Source of the DNA: Candidatus Latescibacterota bacterium
GTDB taxonomy: Bacteria; Latescibacterota; UBA2968; UBA8231
NCBI GenBank assembly: GCA_964291625.2
Contig: OZ220089.1
Coordinates: forward strand, 2,656,001-2,720,000
Length of the DNA: 64,000 nucleotides
Direction of reading: 5' to 3'
Shown piece after piece: positions 56,982 to 64,000 of this stretch. Position numbers and translations under genes: made by a program. Numbering within the stretch: the stretch's first letter is position 1; the number at the start of each line of letters is the position of its first letter. A model generated the notes under the pieces. It made no database searches and was not told where the DNA came from. It saw nothing but the letters and a program-made list of their open reading frames with translations.

Positions 56982-57751
56982 TGAAACCGATGTCCGAATA
57001 CGAGAAGTTCCTCTTTGACCTCAAGGGATTCCTCGTCATTCCCGGAGTGCTCACCGACGAGGAGACCCGCACGGTGCGCGAGCACACCGAGACCCTGCTG
57101 CGGGATCCGGAGAGCCTGCCCGAGCATCACCGCGCGCCGATCGCGGGGCCGGCGGAGTTCCTCATCGATCACCCAAGGGTCATGGGGCTCCTGCAGACGG
57201 TGCTCGCCCCGAAGCGCGAGCACATCCGCCTGGAGAGCGTCTTCGTCTCCAGCCGCTCCGCCGGCGGCAAGGACCCGTGGCGGCCCCACGCGGGCGGAGC
57301 GAACCTCCATCCATCCCTCTCCTACCGCTATCGGGACGGCCGCATCTACAGCGGCATGACCCGCATCGTCTGGGAGCTGAACGAGGTCGGGAAGGGGCGG
57401 GGCGGGACCTGCCTGGTGCCCGGCTCGCACAAGGCGAACCTGGCTTCACACAAGGACGGAGCGTGGCCGCAGGAAGCGGACGATCCGGACTCCGGGCTCT
57501 GGGAGACCTACGGCTGCCCGCCGGGCAGTCTCGTCATGTTCTCTGAAGGCGTGCGGCACTCCGCCGCCGCCTGGACCGACCCGGATCACCCCCGCCGGGC
57601 CATCCTCATCGCCTACAACCACGTGACCGTCCGCTACCACGAGCCCAAGCCCTGCATGAATCCACGGGTGATCGGCGGCATGTCCGCGGAGCGCCAGCAG
57701 TTCTTCCGGGATGTCTGGGTTCTGGCCAACGCCCGGAGCAAGAAGCAGTAG
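56978..57751 (+). CDS. Phytanoyl-CoA dioxygenase family protein (HxG variant)
   Basis: EKFLFDLKGF, PHAGG, LVPGSHK, PGSLVMFSEGVRHS...RR. Confidence 0.85.
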   Translation: MMKPMSEYEKFLFDLKGFLVIPGVLTDEETRTVREHTETLLRDPESLPEHHRAPIAGPAEFLIDHPRVMGLLQTVLAPKREHIRLESVFVSSRSAGGKDPWRPHAGGANLHPSLSYRYRDGRIYSGMTRIVWELNEVGKGRGGTCLVPGSHKANLASHKDGAWPQEADDPDSGLWETYGCPPGSLVMFSEGVRHSAAAWTDPDHPRRAILIAYNHVTVRYHEPKPCMNPRVIGGMSAERQQFFRDVWVLANARSKKQ

Positions 57752-57754
57752 AGC

Positions 57755-59581
57755 CTACAGCGCTTCCCTCTCGTACCACCCCGCCTGCAGGCCCCACATG
57801 CGGGCGTACTCCCCGTCCCCGGCGACCAGCTCGTCGTGGGTGCCGTTCTCGACCAGCCGGCCCTCCTTCAACACCAGGATCCGGTCGCACAGCCGCGCCG
57901 AGCCCAGGCGGTGGGATACCACGATCGTGGTCCGTCCCCCGGCCATGGACAGGAATCGCCGGAAGACGTCGGCCTCGGCCTGCGGGTCCAGGGAGGCGGT
58001 CGGCTCGTCGAGGACGACGAAGTCGGCCCGGCGCATGAAGCCGCGGGAGATGGCGACGCGCTGCCACTCGCCGCCGGACAGCTCCGTGCCGCCTTCGAAC
58101 TCCCGGGTGAGCAGGGTGTCGTACTCCTCCGGGAGCCCGCTGGCGACGGTGTCGGCCCCGCCCTGGCGCGCGGCGTGCTCGATCTCGCCGTGCTCCCCCA
58201 TCCTCTCGGTCCGCCCGAAACCGATGTTCTCGCCGAGGCTGAAGGCGAAGCGGGTGTAGTCCTGGAAGACCGCCGCCGACTGGTCCCGCAGCCGGTCCCG
58301 GTCCACCTCTTCCGCCTCGAGGTCACCGTAGCGCAGCTCGCCCGCGGTCGGCCGGAACAGGCCCAGCAGGATCTTGACGAGGGTGGTCTTGCCGGAGCCG
58401 TTGGCGCCGACCAGGGCGACCCGCTCCCCGGGCCGGATGGTGAAGGCGACGTCCTCGAGGGCGAAGCGTTCCGCCTGCGGATACCGGAAGGTGAGGCCCC
58501 GGGCGTCGATCGAGTTCCCGGCGAGGGCGCCGATGCTCTTCCCTCCCCGCGGCTCCTCCGGACCCAGGTCCAGGTAGATGAAGAGGTCGGCGATGTTGAG
58601 CAGGTAGTGGGAGAGGAAGCCCATGCGGCCCACGATCTCGTCGACGCCGTGCCGCACCTGGCGCAGGGCGACGATCATGGCGGCGAACTGCCCGGCCGAC
58701 AGACCGCCGTCGAGCACCGTCCACGCCGCCCAGCCGACCCCGGCGGCCAGCCCCAGGAGGCTGAAGGCCGACAGGGTGCCGGCGACGGCGTAGTGCCTCC
58801 GGCTCTGGCGGTAGATCCGGTCCGCCACCCTCCAGTAGAGGTATTCCCACCATCGGATCAGGACCGAGCCCAGGCCGAAGACGCGCACCTCCTTGGCGGC
58901 GTCCCTGCCCGTGAGGGTGCTCTCCAGGTAGCCGCGCAGGCGTTGTGACTGGGTCTGCTCGCGTTGCAGGTAGAACCTGGAACGGCTCTGGATCATGCCG
59001 GCGATGGGCGACGGCAGCGACACGAGGACGATGGCGAGGAGCAGGAGCGGGTCCCAGAGCCCGACGACGACGGCCACCGAGACCGCCGTCACCGTTCCCG
59101 TGAGGATGGTGTAGCTCTCGAAGAGGAGGTTGAGGAAGAAGCCGGGGGTGGCGGCCTCCTGGGCGCGGCGCAGGAGGTCGTGGAAGTCGGCCCGCTCGAA
59201 GACCTCCAGGCGGAGGGACCGGGACTTGGCCTGCAGCTGCTCCAGGAGCCGGTCCTCCATCGCCTGCTTCAGGCGCTCGAGCAGGATCGTCCGCGACCAC
59301 GTCCAGATCCCGTGCTCGGCCAGCGTCACCGCGCCCCACAGGGCCAGCCACGGGAGCATGGCATCGACGGCCAGCCGGCCCTCGTACACGTCGAGGCCGC
59401 GGTCGAAGATCTCCCGGACGATCCAGACCGTGGCGGCCGGCAGCAGGCCGGCGGTGAACTGCAGCGCCAGCGAGGCGACCGCCCGCCGGGGATCGGTGCG
59501 GATCATCCACGCGAGGAAGCGGAGCAGGGTCCGCGGCGCCGGCGGGCGCTGCAGGATCGGGTCGGGCCCTACCGGTACCAC
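57755..59581 (-). CDS. ABC transporter permease/ATP-binding half-transporter
   Basis: TMD then GANGSGKT, LSGGEWQR, LDEPT, SHR; GTG 59581 after GGAGG overlaps the upstream gene end. Confidence 0.92.
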   Translation of the reverse strand: MVPVGPDPILQRPPAPRTLLRFLAWMIRTDPRRAVASLALQFTAGLLPAATVWIVREIFDRGLDVYEGRLAVDAMLPWLALWGAVTLAEHGIWTWSRTILLERLKQAMEDRLLEQLQAKSRSLRLEVFERADFHDLLRRAQEAATPGFFLNLLFESYTILTGTVTAVSVAVVVGLWDPLLLLAIVLVSLPSPIAGMIQSRSRFYLQREQTQSQRLRGYLESTLTGRDAAKEVRVFGLGSVLIRWWEYLYWRVADRIYRQSRRHYAVAGTLSAFSLLGLAAGVGWAAWTVLDGGLSAGQFAAMIVALRQVRHGVDEIVGRMGFLSHYLLNIADLFIYLDLGPEEPRGGKSIGALAGNSIDARGLTFRYPQAERFALEDVAFTIRPGERVALVGANGSGKTTLVKILLGLFRPTAGELRYGDLEAEEVDRDRLRDQSAAVFQDYTRFAFSLGENIGFGRTERMGEHGEIEHAARQGGADTVASGLPEEYDTLLTREFEGGTELSGGEWQRVAISRGFMRRADFVVLDEPTASLDPQAEADVFRRFLSMAGGRTTIVVSHRLGSARLCDRILVLKEGRLVENGTHDELVAGDGEYARMWGLQAGWYEREAL

Positions 59582-61488
59582 GACGCCTGTTCCTCCCACA
59601 TGGCGGCGTACACCCCCCGCGCCGCCACCAACTCGTCGTGCCGGCCCTGCTCGACGATGCGGCCGTCCTGCAGCACCAGGATGCGGTCGGCCATGCGCGC
59701 CGAGCCGAGGCGGTGGCTGATGAGCAGGGCCGTGCGCCCCTCGAGGAGCTCGGCGAACTGCCGGTAGAGCTCGGCCTCGGCCACCGGGTCGAGGGCCGCG
59801 GCCGGCTCGTCGAGAATGAGCAGCTCCGGGTCTCGGGTGAAGGCGCGGGCGATGGCGAGGCGCTGCCACTCGCCGCCGGAGAGGCCCTGGCCGCCGTCGA
59901 GGATGTGACCGACAGGCGTGTCGTACCCGCCGGGGAGCCGCTGGGCGAGCTCTTCGGCCCCGGAGCGGCGCGCGGCGTCGGCCACCACCGCCGGGTCCGG
60001 GTGCAGCCAGGAGGGCCACAGGTCGGCGGCCTCGCCCGGTTCCGCGGCCAGCGCCGCGATCCCGATCGACTGCCCGAGGGTCAGCTCGAACCGGTAGTAG
60101 TCCTGGAAGGCGGCGCTCACGGCGCCGGCCAGGCTGTCGGGGTCGATCCCGGCGTAGTCGAGGCCGTCGGCGAGAACGCGTCCGGCCGTGGGCGGGTAGA
60201 GGCCGAGGAGGATCCTGGCCAGGGTCGACTTGCCGGATCCGTTCTCGCCCACGAGGGCGACGCGCTCCCCCGGGGCCAGGTGGAAGCCGACGCCCCGCAG
60301 CACGGGAGGAGCCTTGGCGGAGTCCGCCCCGTCGGACCCTGCCGCCGGGTAGGTGAAGTGGACGTCGTCGACCCGGATCCCCTGGCGCAGCGGCCTGGGG
60401 AAGGGCGAGGGCCCGGTCGGCGCGACCCCCGCCATCGCGGTTCCGGCGCCGTCCTGCTCCGGCAGATCGAGGAACTCCCGGACGTAACCGACCTCGCCCG
60501 ACTGGACCTGCAGGTCCCAGGAGGAGAACCCGAGAGTGCTGCCGGCCTCGAGCATGTCGTCGACCCCCTGGAAGAGGGCGACGAAGCGTCCCGGCGTCAG
60601 GAGCCGGTCGCCGAGCAGGTACGCCAGGGCGCCGGCGACGCCCACCCCTACGGCGACGCGCAGCCCCGTGAGCGGGAGCCCGCCCACGACCAGACGCTGG
60701 CGCTGGTCCAGGACTCGTCGGCGCAGCACCCCGCGCATCCCCCGCCAGCGCTCGGCGAGCGGCGCGTGCAGGCCGAAGAGACGCATCTCCTTCTGCTCCG
60801 CCCGCCCCGTGAGGATGCGGTCCACGTACCCGGCCCGGCGCTCCTCCGGGGTGGCGCCGTAGGTGAAGGCCATGAACTTGCGGCTCTGCCCGACCTCGAG
60901 GCGGACCTGGGGCACCAGCACCGCCAGCAGGGCCAGGGAGATCCACGGCGAGACCGGGGCGAACATGGCGGCCACCGAGACCGCCGTGATCACCGCCTGG
61001 GAGAAATGCAGGACGGAGAACAACAGCCGGTCGATCTTGCGCCCCGGGTTCCCGGCCCGCTCGAGGAGGTCGTAGGTCTGGCTGGCCTCGAAGAACAGCA
61101 GGGGCAGCCGCGACGACTTGGCCAGGACGAGGCGGCCCATGACGGAGGAGAGCTTCTGCTCCAGCCGCAGATTGAGGGTGTCCCGCACGTTCCACAGGAC
61201 CTCGTTGGTGAGCAGCAGGATCAGACCGAAGGCGATCAGCCATGGGAGGGCGTCGCCGAAGTCCCCGGGGCCCGCCCCGGCGGCGGCGACCACCGTGTCG
61301 ACGAGGTTCCGGGTGACGTGGATGAGCAGGGCCGGCTGCAGGCCCAGCAGGAGGTGGACGCCGACCAGACCGAGGGCCGCCCCCTTCCCATGGGCCCAGA
61401 TGTGGCTCCAGGCCCAGCGCAGGTTGGCGGCGATCGAGCCGGCGGTCGAGCGGCGGCTCCAGAACTCGAGATCAGATCGACTCTTCAT
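59569..61488 (-). CDS. ABC transporter permease/ATP-binding half-transporter
   Basis: TMD then GENGSGKS, LSGGEWQR, LDEP, SHR; likely heterodimer with the next gene. Confidence 0.93.
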   Translation of the reverse strand: MKSRSDLEFWSRRSTAGSIAANLRWAWSHIWAHGKGAALGLVGVHLLLGLQPALLIHVTRNLVDTVVAAAGAGPGDFGDALPWLIAFGLILLLTNEVLWNVRDTLNLRLEQKLSSVMGRLVLAKSSRLPLLFFEASQTYDLLERAGNPGRKIDRLLFSVLHFSQAVITAVSVAAMFAPVSPWISLALLAVLVPQVRLEVGQSRKFMAFTYGATPEERRAGYVDRILTGRAEQKEMRLFGLHAPLAERWRGMRGVLRRRVLDQRQRLVVGGLPLTGLRVAVGVGVAGALAYLLGDRLLTPGRFVALFQGVDDMLEAGSTLGFSSWDLQVQSGEVGYVREFLDLPEQDGAGTAMAGVAPTGPSPFPRPLRQGIRVDDVHFTYPAAGSDGADSAKAPPVLRGVGFHLAPGERVALVGENGSGKSTLARILLGLYPPTAGRVLADGLDYAGIDPDSLAGAVSAAFQDYYRFELTLGQSIGIAALAAEPGEAADLWPSWLHPDPAVVADAARRSGAEELAQRLPGGYDTPVGHILDGGQGLSGGEWQRLAIARAFTRDPELLILDEPAAALDPVAEAELYRQFAELLEGRTALLISHRLGSARMADRILVLQDGRIVEQGRHDELVAARGVYAAMWEEQASWYR

Positions 61489-61500
61489 GGGCAGCAGTCG

Positions 61501-61758
61501 TCAGAGCACGCGCCACCAGGGCGCGGCCAGCACGCGGTCGGTGAGCCAGTGGGCGGTGGCCGCGGCCTTCACTTCCATCGGCAGCAGACGCCGGCCCGTC
61601 TCGATGACGAGATCGACCTCGGCGCCCTTGGTGGTCCGCCAGAAGAGAATCTCCGCTCGGTCGATGCCGGCACCCGCCCAGGCCAGCAGGTCGCAGACTC
61701 TCAGCGCCCGCTCCAGGCTCTCCGCAGCCAGTCGGGACAGCAGTCGATCGGTGGCCAT
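61501..61758 (-). pseudogene. Internally deleted AAA_14/DUF4143 ATP-binding protein remnant
   Basis: N-terminus MATDRLLSRLAAESLERALRV fused in frame to the DUF4143-type FWRT..GAEVDLVIE...LPMEVK and APWW tail; no Walker A. Confidence 0.7.
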
Positions 61759-61771
61759 TCGCCCATGGTAT

Positions 61772-61808
61772 GGGTGATTATCACCCACGTCGAGGGTGAT
61801 TATCACCC
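61772..61808. promoter_or_regulatory. Tandem palindromic operator-like pair
   Basis: GGGTGAT-T-ATCACCC at 61772-61786 and 61794-61808, identical, with 22-bp period. Confidence 0.6.
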
Positions 61809-61836
61809 CGCAGCCGGAGCGCCGCCAGCTCGAGAA

Positions 61837-62237
61837 TCAGTCGCGCGCGTCGAGCGCCATCACATGTGGATAGGTGAGGATGCGGCTGTCCGCGGTCACC
61901 ACGGTGAGGTCGTGGACTCTCGCCGCGGCGACCAGGATGCGGTCGGCGGGGTCCCGATGGACTCTCCGGGCAGGTCGTACGCCGCAATCGCTGTCTCGTG
62001 GTCGAGGGAGATCGTCTCCGCAAGCAACGCCTGCATCGACTCCGAGACCCACGTCTGCAGCCGGCCCGCCAGAGTCAGGCGCCCTGCCCGTGCGAGCTGC
62101 GCCAGTTCCAGTGACGACACCGGGGATACGAAGAGGCGGTTCTCCTCCGCAGCGAGTGCCCTGCGCGCATGGGGACCGAGTGTCTGCGGAGACTCCTGGG
62201 TCCAGATCCACACGTGGGTATCGATCAGGAGGTTCAA
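61837..62237 (-). pseudogene. vapC: VapC PIN-domain toxin, frameshifted near 61960
   Basis: LLIDTHVWIW...SPVS..E in one frame and HRDPADRILVA...VTAD in another; GAGT(T)CCATCGG lacks one T. Possibly a sequencing error. Confidence 0.82.
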
Positions 62238-62467
62238 CCTTCCCACTCCCAGTGGTCCGCGAAATCACAGTTCACGATGTCCCCGTGAATGGTCATGCGC
62301 CCGCGCAGGGTCCCCAGCTCCCGCTTGCGTGGAGTCTCCCGGTACGGATCGACCACCGCGATGGGACGCTTCCGCAAAGTGACGACAAGGGATTCCCCCG
62401 TAGCGTGAACCGTCTTCAGCTCTTCTATGCACTTCGCCTTGAACTCCGAGATGCCCATGGTTTTCAT
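62234..62467 (-). CDS. Phd/YefM family antitoxin
   Basis: MKTMGISEFKAKC...VVT.RKRPIA, G.LRG; stop overlaps the vapC TTG. Confidence 0.88.
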   Translation of the reverse strand: MKTMGISEFKAKCIEELKTVHATGESLVVTLRKRPIAVVDPYRETPRKRELGTLRGRMTIHGDIVNCDFADHWEWEG

Positions 62468-62599
62468 GGTTGGCTCACCTTCCACCGGACAGGGTGTTTC
62501 CAGTCTGCCGGCAGACTAACTTGGTCAAGTAACCAGGTCAATTGCCAGTGGGCGGCTGGTGGGGGGCTACCCGGTCCATCTACCTCGATCACGTCCTCG

Positions 62600-62724
62600 A
62601 ACGGCTGAGCGACGAGATCGATGCCGCCACCGCCGCCGTCCTCGTCGTGGCGGTGCTCACGACCTGCTCGCAGACCCTGCGGGCGGCGTGGTCGAACCCG
62701 GTCGACGCGCTGCGCCACGAGTGA
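62600..62724 (+). pseudogene. C-terminal remnant of an FtsX/MacB-type ABC permease
   Basis: AAVLVVAVLTTCSQTLRAAWSNPVDALRHE* is the typical permease C-terminus (AA..NPV.ALR.E) with no upstream gene body; left boundary approximate. Confidence 0.7.
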
Positions 62725-62770
62725 CCTGGAGGACAGCCGGGGTGCGAGGCCAAGCCGACGCCCCACGCGG

Positions 62771-64000
62771 CTACTTGGAGCCGAAGGCCGCGTCCGCCAG
62801 GTTGTCGTAATGGTGTACGTAGGTGACTCCTCCGATGACGATGTGGTGGTTGTGGGGCAGGTCCTCTTCCCAGGTCATCTCCTCGCCCCAGTTGTGGGGC
62901 GGGACGTCTCTCTTGCCCCAGCGACTGCCGTTGTAGCGGCGGGAGAGCACCGTGCGGCCGGCGCGGGTGACATAGGCCTCGACCAGGACGTGGCGGTCGC
63001 TGGCCTCTCTCTCAAGGTCGAAGACGCGCATGCAGGCAAAGGACCGGTCCCCGATGTGGACGTCGAACACCCCCGCGCCGATCAGTTGGGGAGCGTCCGC
63101 CTCGACCTCGAGGGAGCCGTCGGCCAGCGGGCGCAGGCAGCCGCGATCCTCGATCCGGCGCGGGGAAGGGCCCCAGTCGTCGTGGAACCCTTCATCGAGA
63201 AAGGTCATCAGTTCCCGCGTGCCGTCCGCGCGCAGCGATTCCACCGCCATCCACTCCACCTCGTCTTCGGCCAGCCGTCCCCAGATCCTGACGATCCGGC
63301 TCTTCTGTTCGATGGGCGTGTGGTCTCCCGCCATCACCGCCAAGTGGTGCTCCTCAACCTCGATCTCCACGCAGGCCCGGCCGTGGATGACCGCGGGCCG
63401 GCAGGCCTCCAGCGAGACCATCTCCGTCAGCATCCAAGGCGCCTCGCCGTCGCTGGAAGGGCCGTACGCGCCATAGGCCACGCGGTCGCCTACCTCGGGC
63501 ACGATGAACCACCAGGCCATCTCCCTCAGATCGATGCCAAAAGGGGCCTCCCGGCTCGCCTCGATGCGTACTTCGGGCCGGCTCGGAGGAAAGGGTCCCT
63601 GGTCAGTGCTCATTCTCTTTCTCCTCGTCGCGGGGGTGACGCCGAGCACCCGGCGGATCTGGTCGCGCCCGTGGGACAGTCGGCGCTTGACCGTGCCGTC
63701 GGGACAGCGGTGGCGGGCGGCGATCTCGGCGATGCTCAGACCGTCCAGGTAGAAGGCCCGCAGGGCAGCGCGCTCGCGGTCGGGGACCTCCTCCATGGCC
63801 TCGACGACGGCCGCGGCGGCTTCCCGCTGCCGGGCCTGGGCGACGCCCAGCCGGTTGACCATGGGCGCCAAGGCCTCCGTCTCGACGAACAGCTCGCGGC
63901 GCTGGGTGGAGCGGAAGTAGTCGCGGCAGCGGTTGCGGGCCACCTGCAGCATCCAGGCCCGCACATCGCGCGGGGTGTCCTGGCGCAGGCCGCTCCAGAT
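62771..64000 (-). CDS. ECF sigma-70 factor with long C-terminal extension (partial, start outside window)
   Basis: Region 2 WMLQVARNRCRD, region 4 FYLDGLSIAEIA...GTVKRRLSHGR, then about 280 aa of unknown domain. Confidence 0.88.
   Translation of the reverse strand: MWSGLRQDTPRDVRAWMLQVARNRCRDYFRSTQRRELFVETEALAPMVNRLGVAQARQREAAAAVVEAMEEVPDRERAALRAFYLDGLSIAEIAARHRCPDGTVKRRLSHGRDQIRRVLGVTPATRRKRMSTDQGPFPPSRPEVRIEASREAPFGIDLREMAWWFIVPEVGDRVAYGAYGPSSDGEAPWMLTEMVSLEACRPAVIHGRACVEIEVEEHHLAVMAGDHTPIEQKSRIVRIWGRLAEDEVEWMAVESLRADGTRELMTFLDEGFHDDWGPSPRRIEDRGCLRPLADGSLEVEADAPQLIGAGVFDVHIGDRSFACMRVFDLEREASDRHVLVEAYVTRAGRTVLSRRYNGSRWGKRDVPPHNWGEEMTWEEDLPHNHHIVIGGVTYVHHYDNLADAAFGSK

Noticed and set aside
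57755-61243. Single 1162-aa ABC protein in the ORF track
   Set aside because: The N-terminal half is an off-frame read of the upstream transporter; the real gene starts at about 59581.
57755-61488. RiPP/bacteriocin cluster around the tandem ABC exporters
   Set aside because: No peptidase domain, precursor peptide or modifying enzyme is nearby.

Overview
GC-rich bacterial chromosomal window of about 50 genes, mostly metabolic. It holds acs, moeA, nfuA, eight phytanoyl-CoA-dioxygenase-like (PhyH) Fe/2OG enzymes, three enolase-superfamily enzymes, glycosidase-like and sialidase-like proteins, a sulfatase, a heparinase II/III-like lyase, a TonB receptor and a secreted WD40 protein. By inference only, this mix resembles Latescibacterota/Poribacteria-type sponge symbionts. 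Accessory content includes an AbiEi/AbiEii type IV toxin-antitoxin pair, a low-GC island encoding an ABC-type ATPase plus a TOPRIM-like partner (candidate PARIS-like defence), a Phd/VapC pair and several gene remnants. The most striking unexplained signal is non-coding: five diverged copies of a 200-203 bp structured intergenic element (19958, 21992, 45733, 49612, 55547). All five lie on the + strand regardless of flanking gene direction, show compensatory and G-T/G-U changes in long nested stems, and have a separate 5' hairpin module in four copies. Two copies have tandem duplications on their 5' side. No rRNA, tRNA, CRISPR array, transposase or reverse transcriptase was recognised. All calls come from reading motifs by eye; no searches were run.
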